64,000 nucleotides of DNA from Phycisphaerae bacterium (GTDB lineage Bacteria > Planctomycetota > Phycisphaerae > Sedimentisphaerales > SM23-30): positions 4,330-68,329 of the forward strand of contig JAEIOG010000011.1 of the NCBI GenBank assembly GCA_016342495.1, read 5' to 3'. The position numbers and the translations under genes are program-made. The notes beneath the pieces were generated by a model. That model worked only from the letters and a program-made list of their open reading frames with translations. It did not search any database and was not told the DNA's origin. Below, one piece after another: positions 10,617-20,719 of the stretch (the first letter of the stretch is position 1; the number at the start of each line of letters is the position of its first letter).

Positions 10617-10787
10617 ATGGTTGTTAATGTAGATACTGATAAATGTACCGGTTGTGGTGCTTGTGTTGATGTATGTCCTACTGATTCACTGGAAGTAGAA
10701 GGCGATGTAGTTGTCGTTAATGAAGACAATTGTATCGACTGTGGCGTTTGTGTTGATGAATGTCCTACACAGGCACTTGAAATGTAA
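10617..10787 (+). CDS. 2x[4Fe-4S] ferredoxin (56 aa)
   Basis: This gene is not in the ORF track because it is under 60 aa. GGAGG lies 5 nt before the ATG. My translation is MVVNVDTDKCTGCGACVDVCPTDSLEVEGDVVVVNEDNCIDCGVCVDECPTQALEM, which has two CxxCxxCxxxCP motifs. A strong terminator follows. Confidence 0.85.
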   Translation: MVVNVDTDKCTGCGACVDVCPTDSLEVEGDVVVVNEDNCIDCGVCVDECPTQALEM

Positions 10788-10808
10788 GTTTCAGACAAAC
10801 AAAAAAAA

Positions 10809-10844
10809 CGGCTTAGCGGGTGAACCAGCTAAGCCGTTTTTTTT
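10809..10844. terminator. bidirectional rho-independent terminator
   Basis: The stem CGGCTTAGC / GCTAAGCCG is flanked by A8 upstream and T8 downstream. It lies between the convergent ferredoxin and CotH genes. Confidence 0.85.
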
Positions 10845-10915
10845 GTAAAATTCAAGATAGAAGATTTTCTTACAATTCAGCAATGCTCTGATATTGCCAA
10901 GTTATTAGCATTTTG

Positions 10916-13900
10916 TTATAAGCCAGGACTGGGGTTTTCGGCCTGCCAGTTCACAATATCATTGCCATAAGTTTCATTGTCAATTCTTATTAATGCTTTG
11001 CCATTGCCATCGGCTTCAGTTGGCCAGGGGTCTTGACCAGTTGGATGTGAACCGTCGCTGTAAACAACTCGGTCGATACGAATATACTGTCTGATACCGG
11101 AATTATTAACATCGCCTGGCATAGAGAGTTGAATTTTTTCTCCAGCATTGCTGAGACTGCCATCGGTCCATTGATAAATCTGAGTGTTGTCTGGAGCGTC
11201 AAATTCACTATTAAAAGCAGTTAAATCCTTAACCAGTAGGATTTTCTCGCCGACAGCTATCGTTGTGTCTATTGGGAAATTAAATTCAATACCGCCATCA
11301 TCGCAAAACATCCATCCTTTATTGGCGAGACTATCATAAAGTGAGACCGGTTGGCTGGAAATATTTAACAGCTCGACATATTCAGCATCTTTATTACCCG
11401 CAGGGCCATACATGATTTCACTTATCACAACAGGTCCAACTTTTGGATAGGCGTTAGCTACTCCAGGGGTATTAGCACTCATCAGCACAAAATTATAGCT
11501 ATCGGTGCTGGCTTTATAATATCTTCCAAATGAAACATCTGTTGGCGAAGCTCCAAAATCTTCATCGATACGATAGCTGGTCAATTGCCCATCACTAGCT
11601 GAAGTTAAATAAACTGTTTCACCATTTTCGCTCAAGGCAAAGCTGGTGCCAAAATGAAGATGTTCATGAAATACGAGATAGCCATTAGCGGGGATAATCG
11701 TGCCATTAGAAATTTTATATTTTTTAAGCATTTCATCGGTTGAGTTATTATCACTTAAATACCAGCCGCCAATATTTATTGGGGTATTTGTTGTATTATA
11801 AAGTTCGATCCAGTCAGGTGATTGAGCATGCGAATGTGCCAGTATTTCACTGATGACAATTGCACCGGGTGCAGGAACAACACTATTGTCTTTAGCACCC
11901 GGCGAGCCGCCAACAATGCTGGAAGGTCGCCAGCTTGATTTTTCATTTAAGTCATTGTTAGCATTGGCATCTATTACTGATAATGAGAATCCATCGCCAT
12001 CGGTTACGTCAAACCAGCTATCGTTATATCCAAATTTTTGAATAGCAGTACCGATAGCATCTATTAGAGTGATTTTTTCACCAGAGTTGCTCAGGCTGCC
12101 GCTATATGTTCCGGCGATAATGCCATTAAAATCTATATAGGTATTATTGAATGTAGTAAGATCATTTGTGATAATGATATAGTCGTTGGGCTGTAAGTAC
12201 ATATCGCCGAAGGTGAAATCAATGCCATTGGTAAATTTAACCATATTGAGATTAATAGTTTCAATTCCAATATTAGTCAATTCGATAAATTCAGCTTCAG
12301 GTTCATTGGCGGGATGATACATAATTTCACTTATGCGTAGATTTTCAGCTACAGGGCCAACGGCAAAAGTTGCTTGATTGATCGCACTCCAGCTTTCATT
12401 GAATAACACTCTGGCTTTGACCTGAACAGAACTATCCATTAAAATTTGGGTTTCAGAACCGCTGCCATCGATTGTTGCGATCAATTCCAAGTCGAAGCTA
12501 ATATCACTGCTGCCATCATGCGTTTGATGGATTTCAACGGCAATGACATTTTCGCCATCGACAAGGTGACTAGGGTCGATATCGCTATCAAAATAAGTTG
12601 ATTCATCGGCACCGCCTACAACAAAATTGATGCCGGCATAGGTATCATAGCTGATTATACCATCAGGCATATTGTCGCGTCGTATTTCATTGCCATTTAG
12701 ATATAGAATCGCTCCATCATCTCTGCGTAGTTTTAACGCCAAAGCAATGATGTTATTTTTATTAGATACAGTGAATTTCTTGCGGAAATAAGTAGTGGCA
12801 TTTTTCTGTATTCCATCTGCAGTGCTAACATCTATGTAGCCTACAACCGTTGTTTCTGTGCCATCGCCATAACCAAGTTCGGCATTGCCTTGTTGCCAGT
12901 TATTGTCATTAAAGCTTAATTGCTGCCATGCGGTTCCCTGGTCGCTGCCATCATCGAGATATTTCCAGCTGGCTCCACGTGCTATGATTTCCTGTTGACT
13001 GTCAACGCCAGATTTATAGATCATAGCGTCAGGATTAATACCACCCTCAATTATCCGCGGGTCACTGCCATTTAAGGTATAATAAACAATTCCATTTTCA
13101 TCATTATCGGTCATAGTAAGCTTAAAACCATTTTCTACATTTCCGCCATGCTGGTTAAACACAGGGGCATCGATTTGTGGATAAAGACTTTTGTTTTTCA
13201 ATTGCCCCAAAAGAATTGATGTACGATTCTGTAAATATGAATTTTTAAGAAAGCCATTAACTTCAGCCCACCAGTGAGCTTTAGTGTAAGGATTATCGAC
13301 TCTATCGTTTCTTTGATCACCCCAACGAGCCGATTCTGCGATGATTGCCAAGTCGATTTCAGCAGCTCTGGACATTAATAGTTCCTGGGCTTTTTCAGTA
13401 GTCATGATCCCTTCATTAAATAGATAGATATGGGCCCGGTCAGCAAATTTTAAGCGATATTCGGCATTAGCCATCATCATCTGATGCAACCATTGCGGGT
13501 TGAATTTGTTTTGTGTATTACCCGCTGAAACTGTGATTGTGCGATCAATATTAGGGCTCAACATAGAATGTTCAGAATCATGGGCAAAGAATTGCCATCC
13601 TTGCCGAACCTGAGCGTTACGGTTGCGTACAGCATAAAAATTATTAGCACCAGTACCGCTTAATGTCACCGGGGCATCCTGATTGCCCGCATATAAAACT
13701 ACTAGCATATAATCGATTAAATTGTCAATATCAACATGAGCTTCTAATAGCGGGTTATCAATACCATCTGGGCCTTTGCCTTGAACTGCATAATATTTAG
13801 CATTGGTTTCAAAACCCTCCTGGGCTAAATTCCACAGTTCATTCCATTTATTGATCGTTCCATCGGTAGCGGCAACAGTATAGCTACCAGCTTCAACTTT

Positions 13901-15637
13901 GATGACATCATAGTCTTCGCTACGGCCACCAAAATAACTTGCGGCATAAGATGCTTCGCTCCGTTCCTGAGTTTGATATAGACCCCAATATTGGCCATTA
14001 ATATACAAATGGCAATAAATACTATGGGTCGAAGGCTGGCTTTGCTGGAGTTGTAAGTCACGAGAAAATACATCACGTACAAACGAATTTCTGCTACCGT
14101 CATTGCCCCAGTTGCTCCATGCATAATTTTGAGCGGTGCGTAAATCAATATTGTCAAATTCATTAACTTTACTATCCTCAAACATTGTATATTCAAGTTT
14201 TGTGTCGCCATATCCTCCCTTAAACAATAGTCGGAATGAATGTTTGGGATTGCTACCGGCCCTGCTATAGCCCCCGCGAATTCTAATGCCGCCATCAACC
14301 TGAAACCCTTTGGAACCGTCCGGATTGATCATTTCAACTGAAACAGGTCTTTCCCAATCTATGCCATCCTGATAAGCATTGACATATATGCCATAGCCGG
14401 AATTAAATAAATTGTCCAGATTAGTTACCAGAGAAATTGTTGGTATAGCTTTCATAGCTTCAATTATCAATGGTCCGTATTCACTGCTTTCAGTTATATC
14501 AGGATCCATGCCATAATTAAATACCTGTCCATTGATTGAACCTGATGGCCAACCGGCTGGTGCTACACCATTTGCGATTTGAGTAATTACATCATTTGGG
14601 AATATATAAGTTTGTGTGTCGGTATTTGAAGGCAGGAAGCCATCCTTAAATGCCCGGGCTCGAAGAACAGTTGTTCCGCTGATTTGCCCTATCTCAGCAT
14701 AGATTGTACCATTATCTTCTGTGGGCATACTCCCGTCAAGCGTATACTTTATTGTTGCTCCTTCAGTTGGGCATGTGATTTCTATATCAATGGGTTCATT
14801 GAAAAAACCACGATCAACACTGAAGCTTGTATCGCCAACCGCTCCATCAAAAATATCTGAATTTGGTGTATTGGGGGTTGCTGCTTTTAGGTAACCAATA
14901 CAGTCATTACTGCCAATTCCGTAGGAAATCATTCCATATTGCTTAGGATATTTAGCTTCATAAGCCCAGCTTATCGTTTGACCATCCGGCTTAACTAATG
15001 CCAGATATTGGCCTTTATCGCTAAGATTGAAATTTGTGTGATAAATACCACTATCATCTATAAATGGGTAATTATCAGGGAATTCTTCAAATGTCCTTTT
15101 TGTAGCGGCAAATGTTTGGAAGCCATCAGGATTAATGGTAATTTCGGGGATTTGCCATTTGGTCAGATTTTTCGGATCGTCAGTAAGATACCAACCGTGC
15201 AGATTTACAGCTTCTTGCGAATTTCTATTGTGCAATTCGAGCCAATCTGGATGAGTTGAGTCCCCATTAACGATGGTACTGTATTCTTGCTGGCTAACAA
15301 AAGGAATATAGCTGTTAAGCGTCATAAATTCATTTATCACAACACCATTGTCACTATTGAGCCAATTGTCGGCGATCAGGTAGTAATCACCCAGGTCAAC
15401 CTTACCATTTTGGTTAATATCAGCATTGTCAGGATTAATGCCCTGGGAAAGCCATTGTGCGGTTAATTTTTCCAGATCTTCCAGGTCTACAACGCCGTTG
15501 TAATTAACATCTCCATCAAGAGTTATGCAGGCCGGGGTATCATCAGCGAAAATTGAAGAATAAAAATTACTTGCCATTGTGATTAAGATAATAATGATGA
15601 AAAATTGAGTTTTGTCATAGGGAAATGATTTGAGCAT
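10916..15637 (-). CDS. giant secreted CotH-kinase-family protein with dockerin-like repeats and four lamin-tail domains
   Basis: This is ORF 10916-15682; ATG 15637 follows AAGGAAA. It has an N-terminal hydrophobic anchor and dockerin-like Ca-binding repeats (DVNYNGVVDLEDL, DINQNGKVDLGD). LTD motifs are present (DWLELHN..GWYLTD; DWIELYN..GWYLSD), as are chitobiase-C/Fn3-associated modules (ATIKYTLDGS, IVYYTLNGSDP). The CotH core is present (GGIRIRGGYSR..KHSFRLLFK, CHLYINGQYWGLYQTQER, FFAHDSEHS). Confidence 0.85.
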   Translation of the reverse strand: MLKSFPYDKTQFFIIIILITMASNFYSSIFADDTPACITLDGDVNYNGVVDLEDLEKLTAQWLSQGINPDNADINQNGKVDLGDYYLIADNWLNSDNGVVINEFMTLNSYIPFVSQQEYSTIVNGDSTHPDWLELHNRNSQEAVNLHGWYLTDDPKNLTKWQIPEITINPDGFQTFAATKRTFEEFPDNYPFIDDSGIYHTNFNLSDKGQYLALVKPDGQTISWAYEAKYPKQYGMISYGIGSNDCIGYLKAATPNTPNSDIFDGAVGDTSFSVDRGFFNEPIDIEITCPTEGATIKYTLDGSMPTEDNGTIYAEIGQISGTTVLRARAFKDGFLPSNTDTQTYIFPNDVITQIANGVAPAGWPSGSINGQVFNYGMDPDITESSEYGPLIIEAMKAIPTISLVTNLDNLFNSGYGIYVNAYQDGIDWERPVSVEMINPDGSKGFQVDGGIRIRGGYSRAGSNPKHSFRLLFKGGYGDTKLEYTMFEDSKVNEFDNIDLRTAQNYAWSNWGNDGSRNSFVRDVFSRDLQLQQSQPSTHSIYCHLYINGQYWGLYQTQERSEASYAASYFGGRSEDYDVIKVEAGSYTVAATDGTINKWNELWNLAQEGFETNAKYYAVQGKGPDGIDNPLLEAHVDIDNLIDYMLVVLYAGNQDAPVTLSGTGANNFYAVRNRNAQVRQGWQFFAHDSEHSMLSPNIDRTITVSAGNTQNKFNPQWLHQMMMANAEYRLKFADRAHIYLFNEGIMTTEKAQELLMSRAAEIDLAIIAESARWGDQRNDRVDNPYTKAHWWAEVNGFLKNSYLQNRTSILLGQLKNKSLYPQIDAPVFNQHGGNVENGFKLTMTDNDENGIVYYTLNGSDPRIIEGGINPDAMIYKSGVDSQQEIIARGASWKYLDDGSDQGTAWQQLSFNDNNWQQGNAELGYGDGTETTVVGYIDVSTADGIQKNATTYFRKKFTVSNKNNIIALALKLRRDDGAILYLNGNEIRRDNMPDGIISYDTYAGINFVVGGADESTYFDSDIDPSHLVDGENVIAVEIHQTHDGSSDISFDLELIATIDGSGSETQILMDSSVQVKARVLFNESWSAINQATFAVGPVAENLRISEIMYHPANEPEAEFIELTNIGIETINLNMVKFTNGIDFTFGDMYLQPNDYIIITNDLTTFNNTYIDFNGIIAGTYSGSLSNSGEKITLIDAIGTAIQKFGYNDSWFDVTDGDGFSLSVIDANANNDLNEKSSWRPSSIVGGSPGAKDNSVVPAPGAIVISEILAHSHAQSPDWIELYNTTNTPINIGGWYLSDNNSTDEMLKKYKISNGTIIPANGYLVFHEHLHFGTSFALSENGETVYLTSASDGQLTSYRIDEDFGASPTDVSFGRYYKASTDSYNFVLMSANTPGVANAYPKVGPVVISEIMYGPAGNKDAEYVELLNISSQPVSLYDSLANKGWMFCDDGGIEFNFPIDTTIAVGEKILLVKDLTAFNSEFDAPDNTQIYQWTDGSLSNAGEKIQLSMPGDVNNSGIRQYIRIDRVVYSDGSHPTGQDPWPTEADGNGKALIRIDNETYGNDIVNWQAENPSPGL

Positions 15638-15895
15638 TGTTATTTTCCTTTGCTTATGTATTAATGCTATAAACTTTGCCATATAATAATATGATTTATT
15701 TTCACTAAATTAGAGTAAAATGAGTAATAAACTCTATAATAAAATGCCATAAAGTGAGATTTTTCGAAAAAATAATGTTAAATATAACATTTACATACAA
15801 AAACGTACACGATTAAACATAAAAGCCTTGTGTTGGCATGTTTTTCTCTGTATTCTGTATATGGTATAGTGAGCTATATATAGAAGGAGTGGCTT

Positions 15896-16696
15896 ATGGC
15901 TGATAAAAAAAGTTATCAGGTACCGAATCTTGAGCGAGCATTAATCATCATGGAGTATCTTTTGGGCCACCCAGTTGGCCAGACTCTTAGCGAATTAGCT
16001 AAGGCGATCAAATCGCCAACTAATAGTGTTTTTCGCATTTGTAATACATTATTAATGTATGGTTATCTCAATCGCGATGAGCAAAGCAAGAGATTTACCC
16101 TGAGTCGCAAGCTATTTTCCTTAGCTTATAGCAGTGCCCATGAAACTTCACTTATGGAAAAATCCCTAGATGTTATGCGTGAGCTCCGCGACAAATTGCA
16201 TGAAACCGTAGTAATCAGCATTATCGACAAAGATAAGGGCCTGGTATTAGAACAGATTCCAGGTTTGCATCCTTTCCGATTCGTTTGTGACCCTGGCACT
16301 AGTCAGCCAATGCATGCCTCGGCATCTACTAAAGCTATCCTGGCTTTTATCCCGGAACTGCAAAGAAATATTATCATCAGCAGTATGGAAATGCCAAAAC
16401 TGACCGATAAAACCATTATCGATAGAGATCAATATCGCCAACATATCAAAACCGTTATTCAACAAGGTTATGCAATTGATCTGGATGAGGGCCTTGATGG
16501 GGTATGCTGTGTTGCCGCTCCTATATTAGATGCTCGCCAGATTGCTATTGCGGCTATTACGGTAACAGGTCCTACGACCAGGATGCTACCTGAACATTTG
16601 GAAGATATTGGCCATACAGTTAAAGAGTATACTTTTCGAATTTCTCAAAGAATGGGTTGTACTGCTGTGATAGCTGATGAGAAACATTTTGCCTGA
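15896..16696 (+). CDS. IclR family transcriptional regulator
   Basis: AAGGAG lies 7 nt before the ATG. It has an N-terminal wHTH (LERALIIMEYLL..QTLSELAKAIKSPTNSVFRICNTLL..GYL) and a C-terminal IclR effector-domain pattern. Confidence 0.85.
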   Translation: MADKKSYQVPNLERALIIMEYLLGHPVGQTLSELAKAIKSPTNSVFRICNTLLMYGYLNRDEQSKRFTLSRKLFSLAYSSAHETSLMEKSLDVMRELRDKLHETVVISIIDKDKGLVLEQIPGLHPFRFVCDPGTSQPMHASASTKAILAFIPELQRNIIISSMEMPKLTDKTIIDRDQYRQHIKTVIQQGYAIDLDEGLDGVCCVAAPILDARQIAIAAITVTGPTTRMLPEHLEDIGHTVKEYTFRISQRMGCTAVIADEKHFA

Positions 16697-16729
16697 AAAA
16701 GAACATGAAATATAAATGGAGTTAATGAA

Positions 16730-19700
16730 ATGTATTTTAAGAACCGAAGTCTTTCTATTGCTTTAATAGCAATATTTTCTATGCAGCTTGCTGGTTTGGT
16801 CAATGCTCAAACCAATAATGACTCATGGGCGAAAGATATGCTTGCTCAGCGAGCTAGTCTAAGTAAATCCCTTGGCTCTGATTTTAAACCGGTTATATCT
16901 TCAGTTCTAAAAGGTTCCATGGCCCCTGAGCATCTTATCGTTGATATCACAGGTCAGGATAAGATTTACCTCATCGCCAAAGGCGTTCCTAATTATAATT
17001 TTGCTCAATCCGTCTGGGGCCAGGCAATATTTAAGACCGCTGATGGTCAAATTGTAAAACTATGCGACCTCGATGCCGTATCAGCTAAGACAGGTTGGGG
17101 AAAATTACAGAAAAACACAAATGTTCAGAATAAACCATTGCAAATTGGTTCTAAAAAACTGGCCCATGGTATTTTTGCTCATGCCGATAGTGTCCTCTGT
17201 TATAAGTTGGATAAGAAATATGTTTCCTTTGAAGCTTATGTTGGTATTGAATCAGTCGCTGGCACTAATGGCGGGGCTCAGTTTACCGTCGACATCAAAC
17301 CTGACCCCGGGCAGGAAATTTCAAATGCTATCAATGCTATTAATAAAAAATATCCTGACAAAAAAAACCTTATTACTGCTTTAGGATCCAAATGGTTTGT
17401 TTCCCCTGATTCAACTGCAACCGAAAAGCAAGCTTACAAGCAATTGCAGGCAATCAGTGGCGATGATGGCAGCTTTACCAAAAGGTTTAATGCTTTGGCC
17501 AAAGCCAGCAGCAATGATCCTCGTTGGCTTTGCCTCCTGGCGGATATTCAGGCTAGAGTCGATCAGCTTCAGGCCATTGACAAACAGATAGACAATGTCA
17601 ATGTCCAGGCTTTGCAGCGGGCAATCGCTGATTTATCGAAGACTTTTCCGGATAAATATACCAAAGGTTCACAGTTTGCCAAACAGCTTGATGAATTATC
17701 TGTCAATGTCGACCAGATCAAAGCTGGTCTGAAAACCGGCGACACTGCTTCAATCAATAAAGCTCAACAACTTATCGATTTGCAGAAGGAAATCCTCTTT
17801 TCTAACCCTCTGTTGGATTTTGATAAGCTTATTCTGATTAAACGTAAAGGTATGGGTTTGTCGACCAACTGGACTAGTAACTCTGCTGTTCCACAGCGCG
17901 GTTATGACAGCGAAATTATCCAGATTTCGCTGAAGAATCTTCAGCTTGAGCCTGAGGTTATCTTCAAAGCGCCTGATACAGAAATCATCGCTGATATTGA
18001 TCTGCACTTCGATTGCGATAAAATGATGTTTTCCATGCCTGATAAACGCAGACTCTGGCAGGTCTGGGAAGTTAAAACCGATGGCACTGGTCTAAAGCAG
18101 GTCACTCCCGGCAAAGAAACCGATGTGCACAACTATGATGCCTGCTATTTGCCCGGCGGTAAGATTATTTTTAATTCCACCGCATCAATGGCATCGGTTC
18201 CCTGCATTACCGGCAGTCACAAAATATCCAACTTGTACACTATGGATCCCAAGGACCAAAAGATTCGCCAGCTTTGTTTCGATCAGGAGCATAACTGGAA
18301 CCCCACTGTGATGAATAATGGCAGGGTGATTTATACCCGCTGGGAATATACTGATACTCCTCACTCCAATAGCCGCCTGCTTTTCCATATGAACCCCGAT
18401 GGCACCAATCAGGTCGCCTACTATGGCAGTAACTCCTATTGGCCTAACTCTGTATTCTATACCAGGCCTATTCCCGATCATCCAACGATGGTTGTTGGTG
18501 TGGTTACTGGTCATCATGGCCAGGCTCAGCACGTGGGTGAGCTGCTTTTGTTTGATCCGACCAAAGGTCGTCACGAAGCCAAGGGAGTTGTTCAACGTAT
18601 CCCCGGTTATGGCAAACCCGTCGAACCGATTATCCGCGATCAGCTGGTAGCTGGCTCCTGGCCGCAGTTTGCCTTTCCTTTTCCGCTCAGTGATAAATAC
18701 TTTCTGGTCACAGCCAAGCTTAATCCGCAAGCCCAATGGGGTATTTATCTGGTTGATGTTTTCGATAATATGCAGTTGATAATCGATTCACCGGACTATT
18801 TTCTGGCTGAACCCGTCCCGCTGGTCAAACGGCCTGCACCGCCGGTTATCCCGGAAATGATAAACCCTGACAGTAAAGAGGCCAATGTCTTTATCGCTGA
18901 TATTTATGAAGGTCCCGGCTTAAAAGATATCCCCAAAGGCACAGTAAAGAAATTACGCCTGTTCAGTTATACCTATTCTTATGATGGGGTGGGTGGTTTA
19001 TATGGCAGTATTGGTATCGATGGCCCCTGGGACATGCGTCGAATCATCGGCACCGTCCCGGTCGAAGCTGATGGCTCGGCAATGTTTAAGATACCGGCTA
19101 ATACACCCATCGCTATCCAGCCTTTAGATGCCGATGGTAAGTCACTGGCCCTGATGCGCAGCTGGTTTGTCGGTATGCCCGGCGAGCTGGTCTCCTGTGT
19201 CGGCTGTCATGAGCCCCAGAACAGCACACCGACCCTGCATCGCAGTATAGCGATGCGAAAGAAGCCTGCCGAGATTCAAAGCTGGTATGGTCCGACCCGC
19301 AACTATGCCTTTGCCCGGGAGGTCCAGCCGGTGCTGGATAAATATTGTGCTGGCTGCCACGATGGGACTGACTCTGGCATGCCTTATCTCAAAGGTGACA
19401 AGATGCTGGCGGACTATCGGACGACCATGCATGGCCATGCCCCTAATGGCGGTCGTTATACGCAGGCCTATGCTGACTTATTCCCCTATGTCCGGGGCCC
19501 CGGTATCGAAAGTGATTATCATCTGCTGACCCCGATGGAGTTTCATGCCGATACCACTGAATTAATCCAGATGCTCAAGAAAGGTCATAACAATGTCAAG
19601 CTGGATAAAGAGGCCTGGGATCGTCTTTACACCTGGATTGATATGAATACCCCTTATCATGGCTCCTGGTCGACCATCGAAGGTAAGCGGATGCTGGCCA

Positions 19701-20719
19701 AAGAGAATCGTCGGGCCGAATTGCGTAAGCTTTATGCCAATGTCGATGAGAATCATGAAGTCTATCCACCGCTGCCGCCATCGGAAGAATTTGTGATGCC
19801 TAAGTTAACCGACAGTGATATCCATATCCCGCGGATCAAGTGTGATAACTGGCCCTTTGATGCCGCCACTGCCCAAAAGATGCAGGATAAAGCGCCTCGG
19901 ATCATTGATTTAGGCAATGGCATCCAGATGAAGCTGGTTTATATCCCTGCCGGTGAGTTTGTCATGGGCAGTTATACCGGTCATAAGGATGAAAGACCCG
20001 TTGGCATCACTGAAGTTGAAGGTTTCTGGATGGGCGAACTTGAAGTGACCAATGAAATGTATGCTCAGTTTGACCCCAGCCACGATAGCAAACAGGAAAC
20101 CCGCAATGGTTATCAGTTTGGCGTGCATGGCTACCCTGAAAATGCTCCCGGTCAGCCGGCAATCCGGCTATCGTGGGCCGAAGCGATGGATTTTTGCCAA
20201 TGGCTTAGTAAAAGAACCGGTAAAAACTTCTCCCTGCCCACAGAAACCCAGTGGGAATACGCATGTCGGGCCGGCAGCGACCAGGAATTCAGTTTCGGAG
20301 ACTTAAATACAGACTTTTCAGCCTATAGCAACCTAGCCGACGCCAAGATCAAGGAATTTGCCAACAATCCCTATGAGATTGATGCCCCCTATAAGAATCC
20401 GAGCAAATACGATGACTATATTCCCAAGGATGAACGCTTTAATGATGGTGCCAAGGTCACTATCGCCTCAGGCAGCTATAAAGCCAACCCATGGGGGCTC
20501 AAGGACATGCATGGCAATGCCGCTGAATGGACTCGTTCGCTGTATATGCCCTATACGACTGACCCGGCGGTGCGTGATAATATCAATGCCACCGGTCCCC
20601 GGGTCATCCGGGGCGGCTCCTGGCGTGATCGCCCCTGCCGGGCCACCAGCAGTTTTCGCCTGAGCTATGAACCTTATCACAAAGTCTTCAATGTCGGCTT
20701 CCGGGTGATAATGCAATAG
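16730..20719 (+). CDS. secreted multidomain protein: NPCBM-like module, TolB-like beta-propeller, hydrazine-synthase-alpha-like middle domain, two CXXCH motifs, C-terminal FGE-sulfatase (SUMF1-like) domain
   Basis: It has a Sec signal and an NPCBM-like segment (GWGKLQKN..HGIFAHADS..GAQFTVD). Propeller repeats are present (DGTGLKQVT, MNPDGTNQVAYYG). The heme-c motifs are CVGCHE and CAGCHD. The FGE domain shows FVMGS..DERP, LSWAEAMDFCQWLS, TETQWEYACRAG, MHGNAAEWT, IRGGSW and GFRV. Confidence 0.8.
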   Translation: MYFKNRSLSIALIAIFSMQLAGLVNAQTNNDSWAKDMLAQRASLSKSLGSDFKPVISSVLKGSMAPEHLIVDITGQDKIYLIAKGVPNYNFAQSVWGQAIFKTADGQIVKLCDLDAVSAKTGWGKLQKNTNVQNKPLQIGSKKLAHGIFAHADSVLCYKLDKKYVSFEAYVGIESVAGTNGGAQFTVDIKPDPGQEISNAINAINKKYPDKKNLITALGSKWFVSPDSTATEKQAYKQLQAISGDDGSFTKRFNALAKASSNDPRWLCLLADIQARVDQLQAIDKQIDNVNVQALQRAIADLSKTFPDKYTKGSQFAKQLDELSVNVDQIKAGLKTGDTASINKAQQLIDLQKEILFSNPLLDFDKLILIKRKGMGLSTNWTSNSAVPQRGYDSEIIQISLKNLQLEPEVIFKAPDTEIIADIDLHFDCDKMMFSMPDKRRLWQVWEVKTDGTGLKQVTPGKETDVHNYDACYLPGGKIIFNSTASMASVPCITGSHKISNLYTMDPKDQKIRQLCFDQEHNWNPTVMNNGRVIYTRWEYTDTPHSNSRLLFHMNPDGTNQVAYYGSNSYWPNSVFYTRPIPDHPTMVVGVVTGHHGQAQHVGELLLFDPTKGRHEAKGVVQRIPGYGKPVEPIIRDQLVAGSWPQFAFPFPLSDKYFLVTAKLNPQAQWGIYLVDVFDNMQLIIDSPDYFLAEPVPLVKRPAPPVIPEMINPDSKEANVFIADIYEGPGLKDIPKGTVKKLRLFSYTYSYDGVGGLYGSIGIDGPWDMRRIIGTVPVEADGSAMFKIPANTPIAIQPLDADGKSLALMRSWFVGMPGELVSCVGCHEPQNSTPTLHRSIAMRKKPAEIQSWYGPTRNYAFAREVQPVLDKYCAGCHDGTDSGMPYLKGDKMLADYRTTMHGHAPNGGRYTQAYADLFPYVRGPGIESDYHLLTPMEFHADTTELIQMLKKGHNNVKLDKEAWDRLYTWIDMNTPYHGSWSTIEGKRMLAKENRRAELRKLYANVDENHEVYPPLPPSEEFVMPKLTDSDIHIPRIKCDNWPFDAATAQKMQDKAPRIIDLGNGIQMKLVYIPAGEFVMGSYTGHKDERPVGITEVEGFWMGELEVTNEMYAQFDPSHDSKQETRNGYQFGVHGYPENAPGQPAIRLSWAEAMDFCQWLSKRTGKNFSLPTETQWEYACRAGSDQEFSFGDLNTDFSAYSNLADAKIKEFANNPYEIDAPYKNPSKYDDYIPKDERFNDGAKVTIASGSYKANPWGLKDMHGNAAEWTRSLYMPYTTDPAVRDNINATGPRVIRGGSWRDRPCRATSSFRLSYEPYHKVFNVGFRVIMQ

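Noticed and set aside
10592-10798. A 68-aa minus-strand ORF in the ORF track.
   Set aside because: It is the antisense shadow of the 56-aa ferredoxin gene. Its product is low-complexity and Ser/Thr-rich, it has no RBS, and the plus strand has a canonical di-cluster ferredoxin with RBS and terminator.
13825-14298. A 157-aa same-strand, out-of-frame ORF nested inside the CotH gene. Similar internal ORFs occur elsewhere, most of them antisense: 18185-18736, 39253-39801, 41133-41568, 45081-45536 and 59701-60189.
   Set aside because: All lie wholly inside long, well-supported genes, most on the opposite strand. Their products are low-complexity, and none has an RBS or a recognisable motif.
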